Origin: Pseudonocardiaceae bacterium
GTDB taxonomy: Bacteria; Actinomycetota; Actinomycetes; Mycobacteriales; Pseudonocardiaceae
Direction of reading: 5' to 3'
NCBI GenBank assembly: GCA_036279835.1
Contig: DASUII010000297.1
Coordinates: forward strand, 1-62,975
Length of the DNA stretch: 62,975 nucleotides
Within the stretch, counting starts at the first letter, position 1. Each line of letters opens with the position of its first letter. This document shows, piece by piece, positions 27,328-37,678 of this stretch. The position numbers and the translations under genes are program-made. The notes below the pieces were generated by a model, which worked only from the letters and a program-made list of their open reading frames with translations, searched no databases and was not told where the DNA came from.

Positions 27328-28304
27328 GCCGCGTCCTCCTCACTGCTGGCGTCGCCCTCGACCTTGTGCCCGGTCAGGGCCAGGAAGACCTCGTCAAGGC
27401 TAGGTTGGCCGAGCGCGAACTCGCTGGTCTCAAGGCCCAGTTGGGACAGCACGCCCAGCGCACGGGTGGCCCGATCGGTGTCGGAGACCCGCGCTGACAG
27501 TGCGACCGGATCGGACTCCAGATGCACCGGCACACCGAGCTCGTGGGCGAGGACCCGCTCAGCTTCGGGCCGTTTCTCGGGATCACGCAGCCGGACGCTC
27601 AACACGCCCGAGCCGATCGACGACTTCAGCTCTCCGGTAGTCCCCTCCGCGATGACCGTTCCGTGCTCGATGACCGCGATGCGGTCGGCAAGCTGATCGG
27701 CCTCGTCGAGGTACTGGGTGGTCAACAGCACGGTGGTGCCCGTTTCGACGAGTGCCCTGACGATCCCCCAGACCTGGTTGCGGCTGTTCGGGTCAAGGCC
27801 GGTGGTCGGCTCGTCGAGGAACAGCAGTTCGGGTGTGACGACGATGCTCGCGGCGATGTCCAACCGGCGGCGCATGCCACCGGAGAACGTCTTCACCAGC
27901 CGATGCCCGGCTTCAGCCAGGCCGAAAGTGCCGAGCAGCTCGCTCGCCCGGTCCTTCGCCTGCCGCCACGAGTATCCCTGTAACCTGCCCATCATGATCA
28001 GGTTCTCCACCCCGGACAGCCCCTCATCGACTGAGGCGAACTGCCCAGTGAGGCTGATCCGGCGCCGAACCGCGTCGGCCTCGCGCACCACGTCGTGACC
28101 GTAGACGCAGGCGGTGCCGCCGTCCGGGCGTAACAGCGTGGCCAGCATGCGGATGATCGTGGTCTTGCCGGCGCCGTTCGGGCCGAGGACGCCATAGACC
28201 ACACCCGCCGGCACGGCAAGGTCGACGCCGTCCACCGCTTTCGTCGTGCCGAAGGCCTTGACCAAGCTCGACGTCTCTATCGCCAAAGTGGGGTGCGACT
28301 TCAC
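27324..28304 (-). CDS. ABC transporter ATP-binding protein, daunorubicin-resistance DrrA family
   Basis: Walker [10 protein letters not shown], signature FSGGMRRRL and Walker [13 protein letters not shown] are present, with the DrrA-type C-terminal extension. Confidence 0.9.
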
Positions 28305-28455
28305 AACCAGCTCCTAGCTATGTCCACCGAGTCAGTACGGCGCGGTCGCCTTCCTTCACAGCGGACCACGGTATCTCCGATTCAGGTCAGTTCCTGGCCG
28401 CGATTGCGGCGACGTTGTCTCTTTGGCGGGAACGAGCTGCCGCGCCCACCGCGTC

Positions 28456-28484
28456 TCGAGCCGATCTCGTCGAGTCTTCAAGTC
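28456..28484 (+). promoter_or_regulatory. Three TC-initiated heptamers at 11-nt phasing (TCGAGCC / TCGTCGA / TCAAGTC), candidate SARP site upstream of the monooxygenase gene
   Basis: Read directly. The heptamers start at 28456, 28467 and 28478, about 75 nt upstream of the proposed GTG start at 28559. Confidence 0.4.
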
Positions 28485-28558
28485 CAGCCAACGAGGCTGG
28501 GCGCCGGCGTGGCGTCCGCGTTGAACCCGACCGGAGCGAAACGATTCGAGGAGCAGGG

Positions 28559-30160
28559 GTGGCCGACACAGAGGTGGACGTGCTGGTGGTCGGCGGCGCG
28601 CTCGGTGGCCTGTCGGCGGCGATGTTCCTCGCCCGGCGCGGTGTGCGCGTGCTCCTGGTCGAGCGGCACGGTGGAACTTCGATCTATCCGAAGGCGGCCG
28701 GCCAGAATCCTCGCACCATGGAACTCCTGCGCATCGGAGGTGTCGCCGAGGAGGTCATGGGGGCCGCCGACATCCGTGGCCGGCAAGGTGATTTCACCAT
28801 CAAGATCGCGGAAACTGTCGGTGGCAAGGTCCTCCACACGTTCGCCGAAAGTTTCCGGGAGCTGATCGAGGCGACCGAGCTGTGCAGTCCCATGCCGTGG
28901 GCGCTCGCCGCGCAGGACCGGGTCGAGCCGATCCTGCTCGCGCAGGCGGAGAAACACGGCGCGATCAGCCACTTCTGCACCGAGCTGCGCTCCTTCGACC
29001 AGGACGGTGAGGGTGTCAGTGCGCGGTTGCGGAGACGGACGGACGGCCGGCTGCAGGTCGTGCGAGCCCGCTATCTGGTGGCGGCGGACGGGCCGGAGAG
29101 CATGATCAGACAGCGGCTGGGAATTCTCCGGCACGGCTACGGAACCCTGGCCCATTTCGTCGGTGTGATCTTCGAAGCCGACCTGTCCGCGGTCCTCCCG
29201 GCTGGGTCGAACGGCTGGTACTACCTGCAGAACCCGAAGTTCACCGGCACGTTCGGACCGACCGACAGGCCGGATCGGCACACCTTTTTTGTGCAGTACG
29301 ACCCAGCCCGCGGAGAATCGGCGGAACAGTACACCGCAGCTCGGTGCACCGAGCTGATCAGGATCGCAGTGAACGCGCCGGAACTGGTCCCCACATTGCT
29401 CGACATCCAGTCCTGGGAGATGGCGGCGCACATCGCGGATCGGTGGCGAGATGGCCGGGTGCTGCTGGTCGGCGACGCGGCCAAGGTCACCCCACCCACC
29501 GGTGGCCTCGGGGGCAACACGGCGATCGGCGACGGTTTCGACGTGGCCTGGAAACTTGCCGCGGTGCTGAAAGGGGAAGCCGGCCAGGGCTTGCTGGACA
29601 GCTACGAACGGGAGCGCAAGCTCGTGGCCGACCTGGTGGTTGGTGAATCGCTGAGCATCTACGCTCAGCGATTGGCCCCGCACCTGATCGGCAGCGTGCC
29701 CGAGAGACGCGGGACCGCCGAGGTCGTCCTCGGATTCCGCTACCGCTCCGACGCCGTCATCATCGATGATGACGATCCGGCCCCGGTCGAGGATCCGTTA
29801 CAGCCCAGCGGCCGCCCCGGTTTCCGAGCACCTCACCGGTGGGTGCGCCACGGCGATGCGCGCTTGTCCATAGTGGACCTTCTCGGCGATGGCTGGGTGC
29901 TGATCGCCGGAAACGACGGCGGCGGGTGGTGTGAAGCCGCCCGGCAACTGGAAACTGAGCTCGTTATCCGGCTCGACGCCTACGCGGTCGGCACCCACCT
30001 GGTCGACCTGGACGGCGTTCTCGTGGACGACTACGGCATCTCCTCGGCGGGAGCGAGCCTGGTCCGTCCGGATGGAATCATCGCCTGGCGCACCGGCAGC
30101 CGGCCCGACGATGCCGTCACCAGGCTCCGCGACGTGCTCACCCGCGTGCTGGCTCGTTGA
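28559..30160 (+). CDS. FAD-dependent aromatic hydroxylase (aklavinone 11-hydroxylase DnrF/RdmE-like)
   Basis: A GTG at 28559 follows GAGGAG. VLVVGGALGGLSAAMFLARRGVRVLLVERH is the GxGxxG motif, followed by GDAAKVTPPTGGLGGNTAIGD. The ~533-aa length with a C-terminal extension resembles RdmE. Confidence 0.82.
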   Translation: MADTEVDVLVVGGALGGLSAAMFLARRGVRVLLVERHGGTSIYPKAAGQNPRTMELLRIGGVAEEVMGAADIRGRQGDFTIKIAETVGGKVLHTFAESFRELIEATELCSPMPWALAAQDRVEPILLAQAEKHGAISHFCTELRSFDQDGEGVSARLRRRTDGRLQVVRARYLVAADGPESMIRQRLGILRHGYGTLAHFVGVIFEADLSAVLPAGSNGWYYLQNPKFTGTFGPTDRPDRHTFFVQYDPARGESAEQYTAARCTELIRIAVNAPELVPTLLDIQSWEMAAHIADRWRDGRVLLVGDAAKVTPPTGGLGGNTAIGDGFDVAWKLAAVLKGEAGQGLLDSYERERKLVADLVVGESLSIYAQRLAPHLIGSVPERRGTAEVVLGFRYRSDAVIIDDDDPAPVEDPLQPSGRPGFRAPHRWVRHGDARLSIVDLLGDGWVLIAGNDGGGWCEAARQLETELVIRLDAYAVGTHLVDLDGVLVDDYGISSAGASLVRPDGIIAWRTGSRPDDAVTRLRDVLTRVLAR

Positions 30161-31154
30161 CCGCAGCGCCGGTCTCGTCACCGGTCACGATCGTCGTGTC
30201 ATGGCCTGTCGAGCGAGAGAGTCGCTCCGCCAGGCCGCGAACGTAGTCGATGAGCTCAGGGGGCTCGTGAATCTCGAACTCGATGTCGAACATGCCGATG
30301 GTCAGGGCAAGCCACTGCAACGAATCGGCTGCGGTGCGCAGCCGGCAGGTCTGGTCGTCGACGGACTCCAGCACGCCGTCGGTGGGCCGTATCCGCTCCG
30401 CGATCACCTCGACCGGTGCGTGCAGGGTCACTAGTGCGCGGTAGCGGGCGAGCGAGGAAGTGATCGCCTGCGCAACGTAGGCGGCTGCATCGGCGGCAGG
30501 CAGTTCCCGTGGCTTGAACCGGAGCCCGGTCGCCAGCGGGGACTTCAAACGGTCAACGCGGAAGGTCCGCCAGTCCCCCCGGTCCAGATCCCACGCCATC
30601 AGGTACCACTTCCTGATGACATACACCAGACGGTACGGCTCGACGATCCGGTTGCTTCCGATTCCGTCACGCTTGCAGTACGAGAATCGCAGCCGCTCGT
30701 GATCCCGGCACGCCTGAGCGATCACGGCGAGGTGACCCGGGTCCACGAGGGGCCCGGACGCGATAAACGGCACCGTGTAGGTCTGCACGGCGTTCACTCG
30801 GCGGCGCAAGTGGCCCGGTAGGAGCTGCTCCAGTTTGGCCAGCGCGCGGACCGACGTCTCCTCGATTCCGGCCACCGTGCCACCCACCGCCGTGCGGAGC
30901 CCGATGGCTATCGCGACGGCTTCCTCGTCGTCGAGCAGAAGGGGCGGCAGGGCGGCTCCCGCCTCGAGCCGGTAGCCGCCCCTGACCCCCGAGATCGCCC
31001 GTACCGGATAGCCGAGCTCACGCAGGCGATCGATGTCGCGGCGCAGGGTCCGGGGACTCACGTCGAGCCGCTCGGCGAGCGTCGGACCCGACCAGTCCCG
31101 GCAATTCTGCAACAGCGACAGCAGACGCAGCATGCGCGACGACGTATCAGCCAT
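30138..31154 (-). CDS. HTH + WYL domain transcriptional regulator (YafY-like)
   Basis: MLRLLSLLQNCRDWSGPTLAERLDVSPRTLRRDIDRLRELGYPV is the N-terminal HTH. The central WYL-like segment is ..IRKWYLMAWDLDRGDWRTFRVDR. Confidence 0.85.
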   Translation of the reverse strand: MADTSSRMLRLLSLLQNCRDWSGPTLAERLDVSPRTLRRDIDRLRELGYPVRAISGVRGGYRLEAGAALPPLLLDDEEAVAIAIGLRTAVGGTVAGIEETSVRALAKLEQLLPGHLRRRVNAVQTYTVPFIASGPLVDPGHLAVIAQACRDHERLRFSYCKRDGIGSNRIVEPYRLVYVIRKWYLMAWDLDRGDWRTFRVDRLKSPLATGLRFKPRELPAADAAAYVAQAITSSLARYRALVTLHAPVEVIAERIRPTDGVLESVDDQTCRLRTAADSLQWLALTIGMFDIEFEIHEPPELIDYVRGLAERLSRSTGHDTTIVTGDETGAAVNEPARG

Positions 31155-31330
31155 GGTTCCTAGGATGCCCTCAACCGCGGTCAGAACTTGACCTAATTGA
31201 GGCTAGCGTCCCAGGACCAGTGATCAAGGTCGTGCGGAGAACCCAGGATGAGGCCGCCCCAAGTCGGGCTCAAGCCAAAGCCATGATGCTCGCATTTGCC
31301 CTTCCCCCCGGAAACACCGAGAGGTCAACG

Positions 31331-32752
31331 ATGGCACTGGTGATCACCGACCGCGATCAGGACTGCCGCTCCCCCGTTCAGCGGCTGACACGATTGCTGG
31401 ACGCCGGCTCGGCAGTCGCGTTGCGGCCGCATGATTCCAGTGGTGTGCAAGCCGTGCGCGGCCGAATCGACGCAGCGATGGTGGTCGCTTATTGCACGGA
31501 CGCCACCACCATGGGCGGGGCGATAGGAGTGGACGGGTGCCAGCACATCGTGGCGGCGATCGAAACCGCGGTACGGGAACGGTGCCCGGTGATTGGTCTG
31601 TGGCACTGCGGTGGGGCACGGTTGACCGAAGGGGTGCGGTCACTGCACGGGATGGGACACGTGTTCGCCGCAATGACCCGCGCGTCGGGCCGGGTGCCAC
31701 AGTTGTCGGTGGTGCTCGGCCCGGCGGCGGGTGGCGCAGCCTACGGTCCCGCGTTGACCGACGTGGTGATCATGGATCCGGACGGCAAGGTCTTCGTCAC
31801 CGGGCCGGACGTGGTGCGCAGCGTGACCGGTGAGCAGATCGCAATGGACTGTCTCGGCGGCGCCGAGGCGCATAGCCGCAGGTCCGGCGTCGTGCATGTG
31901 GTCGCCGAGGACGAGCAGGACGCCTACCTGCGGGCACGGCGGATCACCGGTTTCTTCACCATGCCCGGCTTCTTCGACCTCAGCGGGGTCCGCGACGAGG
32001 GAAACCCGTGCAGGCTGCTACCCGAGCGGCCGAGGCGCGCCTACGACGTCAAGCCGTTGCTGCGGCACATCCTTGACACCGATGTCGACGGCAGTTGCAT
32101 GTTCGAAGAGTTGCAGGCTCGGTGGGCGGCCAACATCGTCATCGGGTTCGGCCGGCTCGGTCGGCGTGCGGTCGGCGTGATTGCCAACAATCCCCTCCGT
32201 AAGGGTGGCTGCCTCGATTCCCTGTCCGCGGAAAAGGCGGCTCGGTTCGTCCGCTTGTGCGATGCATTCGGAATACCGCTGGTCGTGGTCGTGGACGTGC
32301 CCGGCTTTCTGCCCGGCGTCAGCCAAGAATGGGAGGGTGTGGTGCGGCGTGGCGCGAAATTGCTCCATGCGTTCGCCGAAGCGGTGGTGCCTCGCGTGAC
32401 GCTGGTGACCCGCAAAAGCTATGGCGGTGCTTACATCGCGATGAACTCCCGCTCACTCGGCGCAACCGCGGTATTCGCGTGGCCCGCCGCGGAGGTCGCG
32501 GTGATGGGCGCGCGGGCAGCCGTGGGCATCTTGCACCGCAAGGAGCTGGCGGCCGCACCGGAAGAGGAGCGGGAGGCGTTGCACGAGCTACTGGTGGCCG
32601 GACACGAGCGTGCCGTCGGTGGGCTCGGGTTGGCCTTGGCGATCGGAGTCGTGGATGAGGTCATTGATCCCCGCCACACGCGGCGCAAGCTCGCAGAGGC
32701 GCTGGCCGCCGCCCCTGCGACCAGAGGTAGTCACAGCAACATCCCGCTCTAG
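31331..32752 (+). CDS. Acyl-CoA carboxylase carboxyltransferase (beta) subunit / decarboxylase alpha-type protein
   Basis: It has the two-domain carboxyl transferase layout (..GGARLTEGVRSLHGMG.., ..VVLGPAAGGAAYGPALTD.., ..VVDVPGFLPGVSQEWEGVVRRGAKLL..). The ATG at 31331 is preceded by GAGAGG. No biotin carrier or biotin carboxylase gene is nearby. Confidence 0.85.
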   Translation: MALVITDRDQDCRSPVQRLTRLLDAGSAVALRPHDSSGVQAVRGRIDAAMVVAYCTDATTMGGAIGVDGCQHIVAAIETAVRERCPVIGLWHCGGARLTEGVRSLHGMGHVFAAMTRASGRVPQLSVVLGPAAGGAAYGPALTDVVIMDPDGKVFVTGPDVVRSVTGEQIAMDCLGGAEAHSRRSGVVHVVAEDEQDAYLRARRITGFFTMPGFFDLSGVRDEGNPCRLLPERPRRAYDVKPLLRHILDTDVDGSCMFEELQARWAANIVIGFGRLGRRAVGVIANNPLRKGGCLDSLSAEKAARFVRLCDAFGIPLVVVVDVPGFLPGVSQEWEGVVRRGAKLLHAFAEAVVPRVTLVTRKSYGGAYIAMNSRSLGATAVFAWPAAEVAVMGARAAVGILHRKELAAAPEEEREALHELLVAGHERAVGGLGLALAIGVVDEVIDPRHTRRKLAEALAAAPATRGSHSNIPL

Positions 32753-32765
32753 CGATCCTTGGTCG

Positions 32766-33770
32766 CTAGCTCGCCCAGGTGTCTTCAGTGACGGGGCTGC
32801 GGTCGCGAAGCGAGTCCCACCAGGCCCTGTTGTCGACGTACCAACGAATGGTCTCCCGGACACCTGCGTCGAAGTCGATGTGCGGTCGCCACCCAAGTTC
32901 CTGACGGATCTTGGTGGAGTCCAGCAGGTAGCGCCGGTCGTGGCCGGGTCGATCGGGAACGATGGTCTTCATCGCCTGGGGCAGGCCAAGTTCGTCGAGG
33001 ACGAGGTCGGCTACCTGTTCGACACTGGCCTCGACCCCGGTGCCGACGTGGTAGGTCTCGCCGATCCGGCCACGTTGCAGCACGGCCCCGATCGCGCGGC
33101 AGTGATCGATCGCATGGATCCATTCGCGCCGGTTGTCCTTGGACTTATAGACCGGCAATGACTGATTGTCCAGGGCCCGTGTAGTGAATAGCGGAAGGAC
33201 CTTCTCCGGGAATTGGTGTGGTCCGTAGTTGTTCGCGCAGTTGGTGATCGTAACCGGCAGTCCGAACGTTTCGTGGTAGGCCCGGACCGCGTGGTCGGCA
33301 CCAGCCTTGCTCGCATTGTACGGCGTTCGCGGACGGTAGGGACTGTCCTCGGTGAAGGCGTGATCGGCGTCGAGTGCCAGGTCACCATATACCTCACAGG
33401 TGGAGATATGATGGAACCGTCTCACCCCAGCCTGTCGACAGACCTCAAGCAACGTTTGCGTGCCCAACACGTTGGTGCGGAAGAACCGTCCAGGGTCCAG
33501 TACGGCAAGGCTGTTGTGGGACTCAGCGGCGAAATTTACAACGACGTCGATCTCGAACTCGGACAGCACGCGCTGCACCAGGGCGCTGTCACCGATATCG
33601 CCCTGTACGAAGGTGATTCGCTGGCGAATATCAGCGAGGTTGGTTTCGGTGCCCGCGTAGGTGAGCGCGTCCAGCGCTACAATAACATCGTTCGGGCGCT
33701 CGCCCATCCAATAGCGGGTGAAGTGCGAACCGATGAAACCTGCGGCACCGGTTACCAGCATCGAGGTCAT
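32766..33770 (-). CDS. rmlB: dTDP-glucose 4,6-dehydratase
   Basis: MLVTGAAGFIGSHF and PYNASKAGADH (YxxxK) are present. The gene is full-length at 334 aa with no frameshift visible. Confidence 0.92.
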   Translation of the reverse strand: MTSMLVTGAAGFIGSHFTRYWMGERPNDVIVALDALTYAGTETNLADIRQRITFVQGDIGDSALVQRVLSEFEIDVVVNFAAESHNSLAVLDPGRFFRTNVLGTQTLLEVCRQAGVRRFHHISTCEVYGDLALDADHAFTEDSPYRPRTPYNASKAGADHAVRAYHETFGLPVTITNCANNYGPHQFPEKVLPLFTTRALDNQSLPVYKSKDNRREWIHAIDHCRAIGAVLQRGRIGETYHVGTGVEASVEQVADLVLDELGLPQAMKTIVPDRPGHDRRYLLDSTKIRQELGWRPHIDFDAGVRETIRWYVDNRAWWDSLRDRSPVTEDTWAS

Positions 33771-34110
33771 ATCCGCACACTACCGTCGAATGCGGCCGTT
33801 CGCGGGCCAGCTGCATACCGCGCCTGCCGTCCGCAGTCGCAGCACGGTCGAGCTCCAGGTAGCCGAACTCGTGCCTACTGCGGCCAAGATCTGGCCGCAA
33901 GGTCCGCTAGCGTAGGCGTCATGACGAGGTAAGGTACCGTGCCAACGAGGTGCACTGACCAACGGCTGGAGCAGGACGAGCGCGCCGGTCGTTCGAGCCG
34001 TCTTCAACTCAGGCTGGGTCCAACGGCGATGGGGTGGTCCAGTCGAGGGTCGCCCGGCAGTGATGTCATCCGCACAGATTCCAGACCATTCAGCCACCCG
34101 GGGAACAATC

Positions 34111-36399
34111 ATGCAACAGCAGTTCATCCAGATCGTCGGCGCCCGTGAGAACAACCTCAAGGATATTTCGGTCGAGATTCCCAGACGCAAGATCACGGTA
34201 TTCACCGGAGTCTCGGGCTCGGGGAAGTCGTCGCTCGTCTTCGATACCATCGCGGCGGAATCCCAGCGCCAGCTCAACGAGACATTCACATCGTTCGTCC
34301 GCAATCGGCTGCCACGGTACGGCCAACCCGACGCGGACGTCATCGCGAACCTCTCCACCGCGATCATTATCGACCAGAAGCGTATCGGTGGAAACTCACG
34401 GTCCACCGTGGGCACCATCACCGATATATACTCGCTACTGCGGCTGCTGTTCTCCCGGGCGGGACAGCCGTGGGTCGGCTACTCGAACGCTTTCTCGTTT
34501 AACGATCCCGCTGGGATGTGCCCGGACTGCGAGGGGCTGGGCCGCCGAGTGCAGCTTGACCTTGACAAGCTCCTGGACAAGTCGAAGTCGCTGAACGAGG
34601 GCGCAATCATGCATCCGGCGTTCGGGGTCGGGAACTGGTTCTGGAAGCTTTATGCGAATTCCGGTCTTTTCGACAACAACAAGAAGCTTGGCGACTACAC
34701 CGAGCGCGAATGGCAGACGTTGCTGCATGGCCGGGAGGGAACGATCCCGCTGGAGTGGCAAGGCGGACAGATCAACTCGAAATATGAGGGCGTCGTCGAA
34801 AAATTCGACCGGCTTTACCTTCGCAAGGAACCCGACGAGATGAGCGCGAAGAACCGGGCGGCGCTCGAGCGAGTCGTCTCGTCGTCCACCTGCCGAACCT
34901 GCGGCGGCAAGCGGCTGAACAAGGAAGTTCTCGAGTGCCGGATCAATGGGCGAAACATTGCCGAACTGGCGTCACTGGAGATCGGGGATTTGATGGCGAT
35001 GATCAAGCGGGTGGACAACCGCACGGTCACGTCCGTGGTGGATAGCCTCACCGAGCGGTTGGGCCATCTCATCGAGCTCGGGCTGGACTATCTCAGCCTC
35101 GATCGGGAGACCTCGACGCTGTCTGGTGGCGAGTCACAACGGATCAAGATGGTCCGCCACCTCAACAGCAGCCTCGTCGAGGTGGTCTACATCTTCGATG
35201 AGCCGACGATCGGGCTGCACCCGCGAGACGTTCAACGGCTGAACACTTTGCTCCGGGAACTGCAGGACAAGGGCAACACGGTCCTGGTGGTCGAGCATGA
35301 CCGCGACGTCATTGAGATTGCCGACCATATCGTGGACCTTGGACCGCGCGCGGGTAAGGAGGGCGGCGAGATCGTCTACCAGGGCAGCGTCCGGGGCCTG
35401 CACGACTCGGACACGCTCACCGGACGATTCATGCGGCGGCAACTCCCGCTCAAGGCCGAATTCCGTTCACCGAGCGGGCATATGGTCGTAGCCAACGCGG
35501 CCCTGCATAACCTGAAGAACATCACCGTCAAGATCCCCACCGAAGTGCTCACCGTGGTCACCGGGGTGGCCGGGTCCGGCAAGAGCACCTTGATCCACGA
35601 CGTTTTCCTCGCTCAGCACCCCTCTGCGGTCGTCATCGACCAGTCGGCGGTGAGCACCAATCGGCGGTCCAATCCGGCGACCTACACGGGGATCATGGAC
35701 GAGATCCGGCGGCTGTTCGCCCGCGTCAACCGGGTCAACGCCTCGTTGTTCAGCTTCAACTCCGCCGGGGCGTGCCCGAACTGCCAGGGGCTGGGCATCA
35801 TTTACACCGATCTCGCCTTCATGGATCCGATGATCACGACCTGCGAGGTGTGCGACGGTCATCGGTTCACCGACGAGGTTCTCCGGTACACCCTGCGCGG
35901 GCGGTCCATCAGCGACGTGCTGGCCATGAGCGCCGCCGAGGCAGCCACGTTCTTCACCGAAACGAAGATTACCCGCGTTCTCCAATCGATTATCGACGTC
36001 GGGCTGGGCTACCTGCAGCTAGGACAGCCGCTGAACACGTTGTCCGGCGGTGAGTGTCAACGCATCAAGCTCGCGATCGAGTTGGGTAAACGCGGCACCG
36101 TCTACGTGATGGACGAGCCGACCACCGGCCTGCACATGTCGGACATCGACAGCCTGCTCAACGTTATCAACAGGCTGGTCGATCAACGGAACTCCGTGAT
36201 CGTCATCGAGCACAATCTCGACGTCGTCAAGAACGCCGACTGGATCATCGACCTCGGTCCGAGCGGCGGCAGCGCGGGTGGGCAGGTGATGTTCGAGGGC
36301 ACCCCAGATCATCTGCTCGAAGCCGAGAACTCGCTCACGGGCCACTGCCTGCGCCAATCGCTAACCCATGCGTCACATTTCCGTCAGGTGGCCCGATAG
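34111..36399 (+). CDS. UvrA-like double ABC ATPase (DrrC-like anthracycline resistance candidate)
   Basis: [47 protein letters not shown] is followed by a second Walker [11 protein letters not shown], and zinc-finger CxxC pairs. At about 762 aa it is shorter than canonical UvrA, as recalled for DrrC-type paralogues. Confidence 0.88.
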   Translation: MQQQFIQIVGARENNLKDISVEIPRRKITVFTGVSGSGKSSLVFDTIAAESQRQLNETFTSFVRNRLPRYGQPDADVIANLSTAIIIDQKRIGGNSRSTVGTITDIYSLLRLLFSRAGQPWVGYSNAFSFNDPAGMCPDCEGLGRRVQLDLDKLLDKSKSLNEGAIMHPAFGVGNWFWKLYANSGLFDNNKKLGDYTEREWQTLLHGREGTIPLEWQGGQINSKYEGVVEKFDRLYLRKEPDEMSAKNRAALERVVSSSTCRTCGGKRLNKEVLECRINGRNIAELASLEIGDLMAMIKRVDNRTVTSVVDSLTERLGHLIELGLDYLSLDRETSTLSGGESQRIKMVRHLNSSLVEVVYIFDEPTIGLHPRDVQRLNTLLRELQDKGNTVLVVEHDRDVIEIADHIVDLGPRAGKEGGEIVYQGSVRGLHDSDTLTGRFMRRQLPLKAEFRSPSGHMVVANAALHNLKNITVKIPTEVLTVVTGVAGSGKSTLIHDVFLAQHPSAVVIDQSAVSTNRRSNPATYTGIMDEIRRLFARVNRVNASLFSFNSAGACPNCQGLGIIYTDLAFMDPMITTCEVCDGHRFTDEVLRYTLRGRSISDVLAMSAAEAATFFTETKITRVLQSIIDVGLGYLQLGQPLNTLSGGECQRIKLAIELGKRGTVYVMDEPTTGLHMSDIDSLLNVINRLVDQRNSVIVIEHNLDVVKNADWIIDLGPSGGSAGGQVMFEGTPDHLLEAENSLTGHCLRQSLTHASHFRQVAR

Positions 36400-37655
36400 C
36401 GAGCCGTGAGCGCTTCAAGGGTCGGCACCACGTCGTTCGGGCTGGGGCAGTCGAGCATCTCGTTGCGAATCCGGGTGGCGCCTTCCCGGAAGCACGGCTC
36501 ACTGATCAGGGCGGCGAGGTTGTCCCGCACGCTGCTGGCGTTGCGGTCCTGCTCTGGCGCCAGGAAGAAGCCCGCCCCGAACTTCTCCAGCTGGCGAGCG
36601 CGGAACACGTCGTCCCACTGCCAGGCGAAGGCCAGCTGGGGCACGCCGTAGAGCGCCGCGGTAGCCCAGGTGCCCGCGCCGCCGTGGTGCACGACGGCCG
36701 AGCAGCTCGGCAGCACAACGTGCAGCGGCACGCTCTCCACGATCCGGACGTTAGCCGGCACAGTGGGCAGCCGCTCGCGCTCGCCGGCCTTCATGGTGAG
36801 GACAACTTCTACGGCCAGGTGACCGGTCGCTTCCAGCACGTCTTCGACGGAACCGATCCCTGAGAAGCCCGTTGTGCGCTCCGTCATCCCCTGGGTGATG
36901 CAGATCCGCGGCCGTTGCGGCTCGGCGCGCAGCCAGTGCGGGACCACGGCGGGCAAGGGACCGTTGTAGGGAACATAACGCATCGGCACCAGCAGCCGGT
37001 CGGAGTGGAACCGGACGCTGGGCGGCATCTGGTCGATCGTCCACTGGCCGCTGATCACGTCCGGGCAGAACCGGGCACCGAACCGCTCAAGGGTCCAGCT
37101 GAGCCACTCCTCGAACGAATCGTCGTGGTATTCGGGCGGTTCGAACTCGAGCTCTTCCTGGAACCGATCGTGTACCCGCAAGAACAGGTCGGGACCCCAG
37201 AGCAGCCGGGCGTGCGCCGCGCCGCAGACGTGTGCGGCGATGCCCCCGGCGAAGGTGAACGGTTCCCAGATCACCAGGTCCGGTCGCCACCACCGGGTGA
37301 AGTCCACCATCTCGTCGATCATCGAGTCGTTGTTGATCTGTGCGTAGAATGTCGCGGTGAGCATTGTGGTCGACGCCGCAAGGAAGGCGACGTCGAGCAG
37401 CTCCGGTCGGTTCTCCAGGTAATCGGGATTCTGGTGCAGAGCAAAGACACCAGGAGCCGCCGCACCCATCACGGCCTCGACCTGGTGATCGGTGCCGACT
37501 GGCACCGCGGTGAGCCCGGCCCTGGTGATGCTGTCGGTCAGTGCGGGCTGGCTCACCACCCGGACCTCGTGACCCGCGGTCCGCAGTGCCCATGCCAACG
37601 GGACCACCCCGTTGAAATGTGCGTCCATCGCGAACGCTGTCACCACTACCCGCAT
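36384..37655 (-). CDS. GT1 family glycosyltransferase (DnrS/AknS-like aminosugar transferase)
   Basis: The ATG at 37655 is preceded by [43 protein letters not shown] and the C-terminal HHGGAGTW nucleotide-sugar motif are present. Confidence 0.88.
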   Translation of the reverse strand: MRVVVTAFAMDAHFNGVVPLAWALRTAGHEVRVVSQPALTDSITRAGLTAVPVGTDHQVEAVMGAAAPGVFALHQNPDYLENRPELLDVAFLAASTTMLTATFYAQINNDSMIDEMVDFTRWWRPDLVIWEPFTFAGGIAAHVCGAAHARLLWGPDLFLRVHDRFQEELEFEPPEYHDDSFEEWLSWTLERFGARFCPDVISGQWTIDQMPPSVRFHSDRLLVPMRYVPYNGPLPAVVPHWLRAEPQRPRICITQGMTERTTGFSGIGSVEDVLEATGHLAVEVVLTMKAGERERLPTVPANVRIVESVPLHVVLPSCSAVVHHGGAGTWATAALYGVPQLAFAWQWDDVFRARQLEKFGAGFFLAPEQDRNASSVRDNLAALISEPCFREGATRIRNEMLDCPSPNDVVPTLEALTARYRAT

Positions 37656-37678
37656 CGCATGTCTCCTCACGAACGCGA

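Noticed and set aside
28478-29683. 401-aa ORF antisense to the FAD monooxygenase gene
   Set aside because: It has no recognisable motifs and an Arg/Pro/Gly-rich composition typical of antisense frames in high-GC DNA. The opposite strand carries clear FAD-binding motifs.
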